A stretch of 64,000 bases of DNA from Candidatus Pacearchaeota archaeon. Lineage in GTDB: Archaea > Nanobdellota > Nanobdellia > Pacearchaeales > GW2011-AR1. Each line of letters begins with the position of its first letter. Positions within the stretch are counted from its first letter, which is position 1. The notes under the pieces are model-generated. The model worked only from the letters and a program-made list of their open reading frames with translations. It did not search any database and was not told the DNA's origin. The DNA lies in assembly GCA_018303825.1 (NCBI GenBank), contig JAGVXK010000007.1, forward strand, positions 10,094-74,093, in the 5' to 3' direction. The position numbers were made by a program, and so were the translations under genes. Shown piece by piece: positions 26,944 through 36,721 of the stretch.

Positions 26944-27789
26944 ATGAAAATAGAGGTTAATGTTGAGAAGAGGTATTTCTTTGGTATTTTGGCTGTTGTC
27001 TTGTTAATTGGTGTGGGTGTACTTGTTTATGCTATTGGCGCTGTTCCTAACCCGGTAGGTCATGCTTTAAGTCAAGTTCAAGGGTATTTCACAGGAGACG
27101 CTAGCTTGGAGGCCAGTTTGGGAAGATTCTGTCAGAGCGATGGGACAAATTGTGCAAATACCGGAGCGATCGGAGCTCTGTCAAGTCCAGCAATCAGCGA
27201 TGACTTTGTTTCCGGATTAAATCTACCTTGGGCTACAGATACTACAACAACATCCATCGCTTCTACAACAAACCATCCGGGGATAATTACTGTTGATAAA
27301 AACGGGGGTTATTTTGCTCTCCAAAATGCTATCAATGCAAGTCAGGATTTTGATGTAATTTTTGTAGTAAGGTCAAATTCCAATAAAGCAATAAGCGAAT
27401 ATCCTGGATTTACTGTTGGTTTATTTTCAGATACCGGAAGGTCAAATGCTCAGTCAACTGCTCCAGATAAAGTGGTTTTTGAGACTTCTCCTGCTAGCGG
27501 TCCAGTTGTTCCTGGAAAGATTTTCACAGAATTAAAGGTCAATGGGGTACTTGTAAATGCTAATTTTGTTGATGCTCCAACTGATATTAAACAGAGATGG
27601 ATAGTATTCAGGATAAAGAAAACGGGGACTTCATTTGCATTTTACATAGATGATATGAATAACCCTGTTTCTACATTAACTTCTGCTACTCTTCCTTCCA
27701 GATCAATGTATTTAGGATTTAATATATATAACCAAGATTTTGATGTTGACTTGGTAAGCTTCAGCTCCTCATCTTTGAGCAGGTCCTAA
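26944..27789 (+). CDS. Membrane-anchored exported protein, beta-rich (possibly ConA/lectin-like) C-terminus
   Basis: N-terminal TM followed by PNP.GH and CQSDGTNC; C-terminal W..FRIKK.G.S.AFYID pattern. Confidence 0.7.
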   Translation: MKIEVNVEKRYFFGILAVVLLIGVGVLVYAIGAVPNPVGHALSQVQGYFTGDASLEASLGRFCQSDGTNCANTGAIGALSSPAISDDFVSGLNLPWATDTTTTSIASTTNHPGIITVDKNGGYFALQNAINASQDFDVIFVVRSNSNKAISEYPGFTVGLFSDTGRSNAQSTAPDKVVFETSPASGPVVPGKIFTELKVNGVLVNANFVDAPTDIKQRWIVFRIKKTGTSFAFYIDDMNNPVSTLTSATLPSRSMYLGFNIYNQDFDVDLVSFSSSSLSRS

Positions 27790-27911
27790 ATCGCTTGTAT
27801 TTTGCAGACAATCTTATAATTTCTGCTAAAAAATAGTGGCTGGTTGGAATATCATTTTCATCTTATTTGACAATTCGGTAAGTTTTTTAACTCATTTATT
27901 TTTAAATTGAG

Positions 27912-29282
27912 ATGAAACAGTCTTATGAATTGAAAGGGATGATAGGATTGGAAATACATACTTATCTTATTACAAAAGAGAAATTATTTTGCAGATGTAT
28001 AGCTTCAAGGGAAAAGGGTCTGAAGGCGAATGTTAATGTGTGCGCAATATGCACAGGTCAGCCAGGAGCGAAGCCAATGCTGCCAAATGAGACAGCAATT
28101 GAAAAGGCAGTTCAAATAGGCTTGATGCTAAATTGCAAGATAAATCATGAACTTAAGTGGCAGAGAAAACATTATAACTGGCCAGACTTGCCAAAAGGTT
28201 ATCAAAATACTCTTTCCGGGAAGTATGCCCTTCCTATTGGGGAAAAGGGAAAATTTCTTGGAATTAATATATGGAACATGCATTTAGAAGAAGACCCTGC
28301 TTCATGGAATCCTGAAACGGGGGAAGTTGACTATAACAGAAGCGGATTGCCTCTTGTCGAGATAATTACTGCTCCAGATTTCAAAACTGCGAAAGAAGTT
28401 ATGAACTGGTTGATGAAACTAATCCGTAATTTAAGCTATCTTAAGGCAGTTGATAGTAATGCGGGGATTAAAGTGGACGTTAATGTGAACATTCCTGGAA
28501 AAACTGAAAGAGTGGAAATAAAGAATATCAGTTCTATTGAAAACATTGGGAAAGCTATTGAATATGAGCTTGAAAGACAATTAAAAGAGGGAAATAAAAG
28601 CAAGGAGACAAGAAGATATGATGAAATGGGGAATAAAACTACTTTGATGAGGAGCAAAGAAGACCAGGAAGATTATAGGTTCATTTCAGATCCAGATTTG
28701 AAGGATATTGTTATAGATGAGAAATTTATTGGTTCTGTCAGGGAGAATATTCCGGAAAGTCCTGAGGAAAAATTTGAAAAATTTGTCAAAAAATATAAAA
28801 TAGATAACGAAAATGCTGAAATTCTTGCAAAGAATATAGATATTGCGGAATTTTATGAGAAAGTTGCAGGAAAAATTGACGCGAAGTTTGCGCTGCCATG
28901 GATAACAGTTCAATTATTTAGATTATTGAATGATAATAAAACAAAAATTGATAAAATAGACATAAAGGTAGAGCATTTTGTTTCTTTGCTGAATCTTGTG
29001 AAAGGCGGAAAAATAACCGAGCTTAAAGGAAAGGAGATATTGAAGAAATTTTATCCAAAAAGTTTTGACCCTACAAAAAATATAGAGGAAAAGATAACTG
29101 ATAAAAATCAAATAGAAAAGATAGCCAGCAAGATTATTGGTGATAATGAAAAGGCAGTTCAAGATTATAAAAAGGGAGATAAAAAGGCGTTTGAGTTTCT
29201 TATTGGGAAAATAATGAAAGAGACGAAGAAGAGGGCAGATTTCAAGATAGCAAGAGAAGTTTTAGGGAAGCTGTTAAAGTAA
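27912..29282 (+). CDS. gatB: Asp/Glu-tRNA amidotransferase subunit B
   Basis: GLEIH..LFC, RKHYNWPDLPKGYQ, HLEED, DYNRSG.PL.EI.T.PD, DYRFISDPDL, YqeY tail. Confidence 0.95.
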   Translation: MKQSYELKGMIGLEIHTYLITKEKLFCRCIASREKGLKANVNVCAICTGQPGAKPMLPNETAIEKAVQIGLMLNCKINHELKWQRKHYNWPDLPKGYQNTLSGKYALPIGEKGKFLGINIWNMHLEEDPASWNPETGEVDYNRSGLPLVEIITAPDFKTAKEVMNWLMKLIRNLSYLKAVDSNAGIKVDVNVNIPGKTERVEIKNISSIENIGKAIEYELERQLKEGNKSKETRRYDEMGNKTTLMRSKEDQEDYRFISDPDLKDIVIDEKFIGSVRENIPESPEEKFEKFVKKYKIDNENAEILAKNIDIAEFYEKVAGKIDAKFALPWITVQLFRLLNDNKTKIDKIDIKVEHFVSLLNLVKGGKITELKGKEILKKFYPKSFDPTKNIEEKITDKNQIEKIASKIIGDNEKAVQDYKKGDKKAFEFLIGKIMKETKKRADFKIAREVLGKLLK

Positions 29283-29375
29283 AAAAATTGTTTGGTTCAC
29301 TGTCTTGAATAAGTTTTTATAGCTATTTCAATTGATATAACCATCAAAAGAGGAAAGTAATAACTGCTGAAAAAG

Positions 29376-30224
29376 ATGATAATATTGCCTATAATTGGGG
29401 CTTTTATGGAAGCGGTCGGCACTATACTTGAGAAAAAAGTACTGAAAAAAAGAAGCCTGAATTGCAGAAATTATACAGTATTCAGTTTTTTGGCTATAAT
29501 TATTGTTATGCTCCCTTTTCTGTATTTCATCTGGCATATAAAATCAGAAGCTTTGTTATTAAAGAATATTTTGAGGTTTGCCTTTGTCATTATTGTGGCA
29601 ATCGTGGCTAATTTGCTCATTTTCTATTCATTAAAAAGAAAAAATATAACTGAATTTGAACCAGCATGGATAATGCAGCCTTTGTTTACGGTGCTTTTGG
29701 CTTTTATTTTTTATCAGAGCGAGAGAAATTGGATGATAGTTGGTCTTGCATTAGTTGCTAGCTTGACTCTTGTTCTTGCACATATAAGAAAACACCATCT
29801 TGTTTTTGACAAATATATCATTGCTGCTGTCTTGGGAAGTTTTGCTTTTTCTATTGAGTTAGTTGCTTCAAAACCAATACTGGATTATTACAACCCATTT
29901 GCATTTTATTTCATAAGATGCTTTTTTATATTAATCATAACTTATTTAATTTATAAGCCAAAGCTAAAAGATGCGGATGGGAGAAGTTGGATGTATATAT
30001 TTCTTATAGGTGCAATGTGGGTGCTGTACAGGGCCATTATATATTATGGATATGAAAAAGTCGGAATTGTGTTTACAACAACATTGTTCATATTGTCTCC
30101 TGTTTTGATGTTTGTTTTTGCTATCTTATTCTTAAAGGAAAAACCCACTCTTAGGCAGATAATTTCTACGATAATCATACTTGTATGTGTTGTTTTGGCT
30201 ATTCTTTTTGGAAAAACTTATTAA
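29376..30224 (+). CDS. EamA/DMT family transporter
   Basis: About 10 TM helices in two repeats, LKEKPT near the C-terminus. Confidence 0.85.
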   Translation: MIILPIIGAFMEAVGTILEKKVLKKRSLNCRNYTVFSFLAIIIVMLPFLYFIWHIKSEALLLKNILRFAFVIIVAIVANLLIFYSLKRKNITEFEPAWIMQPLFTVLLAFIFYQSERNWMIVGLALVASLTLVLAHIRKHHLVFDKYIIAAVLGSFAFSIELVASKPILDYYNPFAFYFIRCFFILIITYLIYKPKLKDADGRSWMYIFLIGAMWVLYRAIIYYGYEKVGIVFTTTLFILSPVLMFVFAILFLKEKPTLRQIISTIIILVCVVLAILFGKTY

Positions 30225-30276
30225 TTTAAATTGAAATCAATAACTTTATTAGGGCTTTTGCATATTGTTAATAACT

Positions 30277-30348
30277 AGGCTCATAGTTCAGTGGATAGAA
30301 CGCAACGCTTCGGACGTTGAAACGAGGGTTCAATTCCTTCTGAGCCTA
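30277..30348 (+). tRNA. tRNA-Arg (UCG), intronless, no encoded CCA
   Basis: Cloverleaf AGGCTCA/TGAGCCT, GTTC/GAAC, CAACG-CTTCGGA-CGTTG, GAGGG-TTCAATT-CCTTC; A20 Arg identity base. Confidence 0.95.
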
Positions 30349-30408
30349 TTATGCTTTTTTGATTACTCCGATAACAAGGTTTAATAAGAGTTATTTTATG
30401 CAGGAATT

Positions 30409-30795
30409 ATGGAGAACAGAGTTTTGCGATTTTTGAAGGAATATAAAGAAGCAGAAGCAGATATGAAATTAAATGGGGGCATCGAGGAGGTTATTTATCC
30501 TAATCCCATTGATATTTTGGCTGGAAAGCTTTCTTATGCAGTGTATGACTTTTTAACACAAAGAACAGAAGAGGCAATTATCACACGAGATTTTAGGGAT
30601 TATGATTCTATGGTTTTGAAATACTGGGGAATATTAGACAGATTAGAGCTTGTAGGGATGGAGATGAATTCTATGATTGAAAAGAGGGAAACAAGAAAGC
30701 TTATCGAGGAAATGATCAATGGAGAGCACGAAGAGTTGATTGAAGAACTTGATAGTTTTATCAGGCCATTCTACAGAAACGACTTTTCTGATTAA
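30409..30795 (+). CDS. Orphan hypothetical protein directly downstream of the tRNA
   Basis: 128-aa ORF; TATA-like TTTAATAA at 30380-30387, 22 nt before the ATG. Confidence 0.65.
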   Translation: MENRVLRFLKEYKEAEADMKLNGGIEEVIYPNPIDILAGKLSYAVYDFLTQRTEEAIITRDFRDYDSMVLKYWGILDRLELVGMEMNSMIEKRETRKLIEEMINGEHEELIEELDSFIRPFYRNDFSD

Positions 30796-31025
30796 GGATT
30801 TATTGGATTTTAGTACTTCCATAACTGGCAAATCAAACCAACAATTTTTCAAAAGAAGCCGGGGTTTCTATTAGTTTGCAAAATAATTATTTATCAATAT
30901 GAATTTTAAAGAAGATTTATATTGATTTTAACTAATTTTTACTCGCAATCATTCAGCCCGCTTCCTACTTGCGGAAATACTGATTTATGGTTAAGTTTTA
31001 AAACTATAATCTTCATTGATTCTTT

Positions 31026-32294
31026 ATGGTTGAATTGAATTTTAATCCAGGAGATTATGTAAAAATTAGATTAGCTTTAAAGGAGATAGAAGGAAGAGTT
31101 ATTGAAAGCGAAGACAAAAACATAATTCTGTTAAAATTGGCTTCCGGCTACAATATTGGTATTCCTAAGGAGAATATTCTGGCAGGAAGAGTTTTGAAAA
31201 AGTACAAGGAAGAGGAAGTTGATAGAAAGATAGTTCAGAATAATAAACTGCCTTCAATAGGGTTAATAATCACTGGGGGGACTATTGCAAGCAAGGCTTC
31301 ACAGTCAACTGGCGGGGTAAGGCCAATAACCAATGTTAATGAGTTTCTTGAGTTTTATCCGGAGCTGTTAAACATGGTAAATATAAAGAAGATAGAAGTG
31401 CCATTTAAGATATTTTCAGAAAATATGAGCAGCGGGCACTGGATTAAGCTTGCTGAATGCATAAAACCAATGCTTGAAGATAATGACATAAAGGGAGTTA
31501 TTGTTTCTCACGGGACAGATACATTGCATTATACCGCCGTGGCCTTATCTTTTTTCATCCAGAATTTGAACAAACCTATTGTTTTGACTTATTCGCAAAG
31601 AAGTATTGACAGGGCAAGCAGTGATGCTAATCTAAATCTTCAGTGCGCGGCAAGAATGGCGTTAAGTGATTGTGCTGAAGTCATGTTGGTCGGACATGCC
31701 AACACGGAAGACGAATATTGCCATGCCTTTCTCGGAACTAAGGTAAGAAAACTTCATAGTTCAAGAAGAGATGCCTTTCAATCTGTAAATGCAAAGCCAC
31801 TAGCGAAAGTATTTCCGGACAAGGTTGAATTTCTTGAAAAATATAGGAAAAGGGGGAATTCAAAACCAGAGGTTGATGTTTTGTTCAGCGACAAGGTTGC
31901 ATTGATAAAGTTTTATCCAGGTCAGGACCCAAGTATTTTGGATTTTTATGCATTGAAGTATAAAGGAATCGTTTTGGAGGGAACTGGATTGGGGCATGTT
32001 TCAGGAAGTGATTCCTTGCATTCATGGATACCAACATTGAAAAGGCACATTAAGAGTGGGCTTGTTGTCTGTATGACAACACAAACATTATTCGGCAGAG
32101 TTGACCCTTATGTTTATTCTACTGCAAGAGAGTTGCTTGATGCAGGGGTTATTTACTTGGAAGACATGCTTCCAGAGACTGCTTTCGTCAAATTAGGGTT
32201 TGTCCTTGGGCATTATGGGTGGAAAGTTCATGTGAAAGAAAAAATGCTTGAAAATATGGCTGGAGAAATCGGAGGAAGATTAAATTATATTTAA
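31026..32294 (+). CDS. gatD: Glu-tRNA(Gln) amidotransferase subunit D
   Basis: N-terminal domain LKLASGYNIG, asparaginase TGGTIASK and HGTDT, ETAFVKL. Confidence 0.96.
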   Translation: MVELNFNPGDYVKIRLALKEIEGRVIESEDKNIILLKLASGYNIGIPKENILAGRVLKKYKEEEVDRKIVQNNKLPSIGLIITGGTIASKASQSTGGVRPITNVNEFLEFYPELLNMVNIKKIEVPFKIFSENMSSGHWIKLAECIKPMLEDNDIKGVIVSHGTDTLHYTAVALSFFIQNLNKPIVLTYSQRSIDRASSDANLNLQCAARMALSDCAEVMLVGHANTEDEYCHAFLGTKVRKLHSSRRDAFQSVNAKPLAKVFPDKVEFLEKYRKRGNSKPEVDVLFSDKVALIKFYPGQDPSILDFYALKYKGIVLEGTGLGHVSGSDSLHSWIPTLKRHIKSGLVVCMTTQTLFGRVDPYVYSTARELLDAGVIYLEDMLPETAFVKLGFVLGHYGWKVHVKEKMLENMAGEIGGRLNYI

Positions 32295-32295
32295 A

Positions 32296-33825
32296 ATGGC
32301 AAAGAAAGAACAAGAGAAAATTGAGACGGGAAGTGAAGAAGATAAAGTTAATGATAAGGAAGAAGCGAATGAAGAGAGTGACTTGGATTATGAAAAAATT
32401 GGATTAAAATCAGGGCTGGAAATACATCAGCAGATTGATTCTGGAAAGCTATTCTGCAGATGTCCAGGGTATTTAAGAACTGACAAGCCGGATTTTGAGA
32501 TAAAAAGAAAATTGCATAAGGTTGCCGGGGAAACAGGGAAAGTTGACATTGCTGTTGAACATGAATCTTCCTTAGATAGGGAGTTTGTTTATCAATGCTA
32601 TAATGATAATGCATGCTTAGTCGATATTGATGAGGAGCCGCCAAGGATGATGAATGAATTGGCTTTGGACGAAGCAATCAAGATGGCATTATTGATGAAT
32701 TGCGAGATTTATCCTATTGCACAGGTAATGAGAAAGACCGTAATTGATGGTTCAAATACCAGTGGATTTCAGAGAACAGTATTATTCGCGCATGATGGCT
32801 GGATTGAAACAAGTTTTGGAAAAATTCCTATTGCAACAATGGCTTTAGAAGAAGATGCAGGAAGGATAATTGAGGAAAGCGATAAAAAGGCTGTTTTCAG
32901 GCTTGACAGACTTGGAATTCCCTTGATTGAGATAATAACAGAACCTGCAATGAATAAGCCTGAGCAGGTAAAGGAAGCTGCGTTGAAAATAGGGGAGATA
33001 ATCAGAGCATGCAAGGTCAAAAGAGGTATAGGAACAATAAGGCAGGATGTTAATATTTCAATAAAAGGGCATGGCAGGGTTGAAATAAAAGGTTTTCAAG
33101 ATCCAAGAATGATGATTCTTACAGTTAATAAGGAAATAGAAAGACAGTTCGACGAAATAGGAAAAGGAAAAACAAAGGGAGAGGTAAGAAGAGCACTTCC
33201 TGATGGAAAGACAGAATTTGAGAGGCCAATGTCAGGGGAGGCGAGAATGTATCCTGAAACAGACCTCCCATTGTTGAGAATTGGAAGGAATAAGATAAAT
33301 GAGCTAAAGAAAAATCTTCCTAAATTAAGAACTGAAATAAGAGATGAGTTGAAGAAAAAAGGATTAAATGAGGAAATGATAAACCTTGTTCTTGATAATA
33401 ATGCAGTTGATGAATTGGAAACCTTGCTTAAAATATATGGAAAAGAGGCAAACTTAATTGCGAGAATGATTATTTTGTTCCCAAGAGAATTTGCCTCAAA
33501 AATGAAGAAGAGCTATGAAGAAATAAAAGATATTTTAACAGAAAGAAATTTGGAAATTATATTAGAAAACTTAAAACAGGGCAAGATAAATGAGAGAGAT
33601 ATTAAAGGAATTATGCTGAAAGTTGCTGCGGGGAAAGATATTAATGATGCTGTGAAGGTAGAGAGGGTTGATGATAATCTTCTTGAACAGGAAATAAATA
33701 AGATTGTGAAGGAAAAGCCCGGGCTTGGAGCTGGAGGGTATATGGGATTAATCATCCAAAAATTAGGGAATAATGTTGATAAGAAAAGAGCTATGGAAAT
33801 TCTGCGGAGACTGACGAAGAAATAA
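32296..33825 (+). CDS. gatE: Glu-tRNA(Gln) amidotransferase subunit E, lacking the AspRS-like insertion
   Basis: GLEIHQQ, RKTVIDGSNTSGFQRT, RGIGTIRQDVNISI, RMYPETD. Confidence 0.95.
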   Translation: MAKKEQEKIETGSEEDKVNDKEEANEESDLDYEKIGLKSGLEIHQQIDSGKLFCRCPGYLRTDKPDFEIKRKLHKVAGETGKVDIAVEHESSLDREFVYQCYNDNACLVDIDEEPPRMMNELALDEAIKMALLMNCEIYPIAQVMRKTVIDGSNTSGFQRTVLFAHDGWIETSFGKIPIATMALEEDAGRIIEESDKKAVFRLDRLGIPLIEIITEPAMNKPEQVKEAALKIGEIIRACKVKRGIGTIRQDVNISIKGHGRVEIKGFQDPRMMILTVNKEIERQFDEIGKGKTKGEVRRALPDGKTEFERPMSGEARMYPETDLPLLRIGRNKINELKKNLPKLRTEIRDELKKKGLNEEMINLVLDNNAVDELETLLKIYGKEANLIARMIILFPREFASKMKKSYEEIKDILTERNLEIILENLKQGKINERDIKGIMLKVAAGKDINDAVKVERVDDNLLEQEINKIVKEKPGLGAGGYMGLIIQKLGNNVDKKRAMEILRRLTKK

Positions 33826-33968
33826 AAAGAATTAGTGTTTGATGTTAAGATATGAATTATTCTTCTATGTTAATTTAGATTTGGATGTCAAAAGTGGGGC
33901 TTAAAGCTGTCGGTTTACAAAGATTTATTATATGGGTTTGAAGACTGCTTGCTGTGCTTGAAAGATAA

Positions 33969-35204
33969 TTATTTCAACCAATGTTTCTTTAGCTTCTGAA
34001 ATTTGCCTGCTTTTATGCTTTTTCTGATTTGTTCAAGGAGATTCAGCATGAAATGGAGATTGTGGATTGTTGCTAATTTTGCATAGTCATTATTGTTGTT
34101 TTTTTCTTTTGCCAATCTATATAGGTCTGCTCTTGTATAATGCTTGCATGTTGAGCATCTGCAATTCTTGTCGATTTTAGTTTTGTCATTCTTGTATCTT
34201 CCTTTTACTATTTTTATGGTAAATTTATTTTCTTTATTTCCTCCAGATTCCAGGCTTATGTATAATTGCTTGTGCCTTGCTATTCTTGTCGGATGAACGC
34301 AGTCAAAGGTGTCAATGCCACGGGAAACACACTCGAATAGGTCATCTATCCAGCCTATGCCGAGCATATGAACTGGTCTATCGTCCAAATACTGAGAAAT
34401 CCAGTCAATGATTTGATGCATTGCTCTTTTTGAATCTCCATATGATTCTCCAAAACTTCCGCCTATTGCAATTCCATCAAAAGGCAGGGAAGAGATGAAT
34501 TTAGCGCTCTTTATTCTTAAATTCTTAAATTGTCCTCCCTGAATTATACCATATAATGCTTGTTTTGGATTGTGGTATTTTAATGAAAGAACTGCCCATT
34601 TATTTGTTCTTGTCAAGGCAGTTTTTTGGTATGAAAAGGATTTGTTTGCAGGAGTACATTCGTCAAAAGCCATGATTACATCACTTCCAAGGTTTGATTG
34701 AATCTTCATTGATTCTTTCGGACCTATAAAGTGCAGGGAATTATCATAGACTGACTTGAATTGGATTCCTTTATCAGTTATTTTAACGAAAGAAGGTTTT
34801 TTTTCATTTTTTAATATCATTTTCTCTCTTTCTTGATTTTTTCCGAGTTTCGTATAACCTGTTCTTTTTGCTTCTCCCAATGAAAGTGTTTGGAATCCCC
34901 CAGAATCTGTGAAAATAATTCCTTTAAAGTCCATGAACTTATTTAGTCCTCCAGAGTTTTTTATTAGTTTATCTCCTGGTTTAAGGTGAAGATGATATGT
35001 GTTTGCCAAAATACACTTTATGTTTAGGTTTTTTATGTCTTTCTTGTTTAGGGCTATAATTCTTGCTTTTGTTGCAACTGGAATAAGATAAGGGGTTTCA
35101 ATCTTTCCGCTTTTTGTTTTTAGTATTCCTGTCCTTGCCCTGCTTCTTTTGTCTCTGGCAGTTATCTTAAACGACAGTGGAGATTCTTTCTTTTTAGTTA
35201 TCAT
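33969..35204 (-). CDS. tgt: Bacterial-type tRNA-guanine(34) transglycosylase
   Basis: ANTYHL..PG, TDSGGFQ, MAFDEC, GIIQGG, HMLGIG, GIDTFDCV.PTR.ARH, Zn site CRCSTC...H. Confidence 0.93.
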   Translation of the reverse strand: MITKKKESPLSFKITARDKRSRARTGILKTKSGKIETPYLIPVATKARIIALNKKDIKNLNIKCILANTYHLHLKPGDKLIKNSGGLNKFMDFKGIIFTDSGGFQTLSLGEAKRTGYTKLGKNQEREKMILKNEKKPSFVKITDKGIQFKSVYDNSLHFIGPKESMKIQSNLGSDVIMAFDECTPANKSFSYQKTALTRTNKWAVLSLKYHNPKQALYGIIQGGQFKNLRIKSAKFISSLPFDGIAIGGSFGESYGDSKRAMHQIIDWISQYLDDRPVHMLGIGWIDDLFECVSRGIDTFDCVHPTRIARHKQLYISLESGGNKENKFTIKIVKGRYKNDKTKIDKNCRCSTCKHYTRADLYRLAKEKNNNNDYAKLATIHNLHFMLNLLEQIRKSIKAGKFQKLKKHWLK

Positions 35205-35245
35205 ATATAATCTGAAATAAGAGAATTTAAAAATCTCTCTTTTCT

Positions 35246-36568
35246 ATGAAGAATATGGATTTAGAGAAGCTGAATAAGGAAAGAATCTATATTTCTAGTT
35301 TAACAGAGAAAGATGATGGAAAGAAAGTTCTTGTTGCTGGTTGGGTTTATGATTCAAGAGATTTAGGAAAAGTTAGGTTTATTGTTCTAAGGGACATAAG
35401 CGGAGAGATACAGGTTACAGGAATCAAATCTTCTGCAAAAGAAGATGTTTTTAATATGATGAAATCTCTTACAAGAGAGAGTGTTATTGTTGTTTCTGGA
35501 ATGGTAAAGAAAAGCGATAAGGCCCCTAGAAAGAGGGAAATTATTCCCGAAAGCATTGAATTGCTGGCAGAGGCAGAGCAGCCAATCCCTATCGATGTAT
35601 CTGATTTTTCAAAGACAGAGCTGCCAAAAAGATTGGATTATAGGTTTTTGGACTTGCATAGAAGAAAAACACAGGCAATTTTTAAAATTCAAAGCACGTT
35701 AATGCAAGCATACAGAGAGTTTATGATTAAAGAAGGAGCGGTTGAAGCTGCTTTCCCTTCTATTATCAGTAGCAGCAGTGAAGGGGGAACAGAATTATTT
35801 GAGGCAAAATATTTTGAAAGAAAGGCTTATTTAAGTCAGAGCTGTCAATTGTATAAACAGATGCTTGCTTGTTCTATGGAAAAAGTGTTTACCATATTCA
35901 CTGTTTGGAGAGCTGAAAAACATAATACCATTAGGCATCTTAATGAGTCAAGGCAATTAGATTATGAGCAGGCTTTCGCCAATGAGTTTGTAGTTATGGA
36001 TGTTCTTGGAAGGGCTGTGCAATATATAGTAAAGAAAGTCATGGAAATTAATAAAGCAGAACTGGATATGCTTGGATTAAAGTTAAAAGTTCCAGGAACA
36101 AAGTATATGACTTTTGCTGAAGCTGTAGAAGTAATGAAGAAAGAGAAAATTCATGTTGGAAAAGATGATTTATCAGGTGAAGCAGAGAAGAAACTTGGGG
36201 AATTGTATCCAGATACTGTTGTTTTTGTTCATGATTGGCCATTATCTGGCAGGCCTTTTTACATAATGCCTAAAAAAGGAAAGAAAGGAGAGGAATTAAG
36301 CTGCGGTTTTGATGCGATTTATCAGGGAATGGAAATATCTTCGGGCGGGCAGAGAGTTCATCTTCCGGAACTGCTTATAGAAAGATTAAAAATAAAAGGA
36401 TTGAATCCAAAAGACTTCAAAGCTTATATAGACTCGTTTAGATATGGGAGTCCGCCGCACTCGGGTTGGGGCGTCGGGCTGGAAAGGCTGACTATGCTAA
36501 TTTTAGGACTGGATAATATAAGAGAGGCAGTTCTATTTCCAAGAGATAGGGATAGATTGACTCCTTAA
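35246..36568 (+). CDS. aspS: Aspartate--tRNA(Asp/Asn) ligase, archaeal non-discriminating type
   Basis: OB domain AGWV..RDLG..RFIVLRD, short L1 loop KAP, RLDYRFLDL, WRAE, GGQRVH, PPHSGWGVGLERL. Confidence 0.95.
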   Translation: MKNMDLEKLNKERIYISSLTEKDDGKKVLVAGWVYDSRDLGKVRFIVLRDISGEIQVTGIKSSAKEDVFNMMKSLTRESVIVVSGMVKKSDKAPRKREIIPESIELLAEAEQPIPIDVSDFSKTELPKRLDYRFLDLHRRKTQAIFKIQSTLMQAYREFMIKEGAVEAAFPSIISSSSEGGTELFEAKYFERKAYLSQSCQLYKQMLACSMEKVFTIFTVWRAEKHNTIRHLNESRQLDYEQAFANEFVVMDVLGRAVQYIVKKVMEINKAELDMLGLKLKVPGTKYMTFAEAVEVMKKEKIHVGKDDLSGEAEKKLGELYPDTVVFVHDWPLSGRPFYIMPKKGKKGEELSCGFDAIYQGMEISSGGQRVHLPELLIERLKIKGLNPKDFKAYIDSFRYGSPPHSGWGVGLERLTMLILGLDNIREAVLFPRDRDRLTP

Positions 36569-36721
36569 ACTATTAACTAGAGGTTGAATTTGGGCAATTT
36601 GCATTTATTAACACCCCTTCATTTCTTATGGAATACTTTGGTATCTTTTAGTATATTTCAAATACTGAAAATTTATCAAAAATAAGTAATAAAATGTTAC
36701 CATTATACTGGAGTAGATTTT

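Noticed and set aside
30277-30348. A1-U72 pair and position just upstream of gatDE suggested a tRNA-Gln derivative
   Set aside because: Anticodon UCG, A20, G37 and the GTTC/GAAC D-stem all fit tRNA-Arg.
30945-30990. Hairpin CCGC..GCGG with CTGA ends as a C/D-box or SRP RNA
   Set aside because: No proper RUGAUGA box at a suitable distance, no SRP helix-8 motif, and it is adjacent to the gatD promoter region.
30349-31025. Integrated element at tRNA-Arg
   Set aside because: I found no duplicate of the tRNA 3' end and no integrase; only one orphan gene follows.
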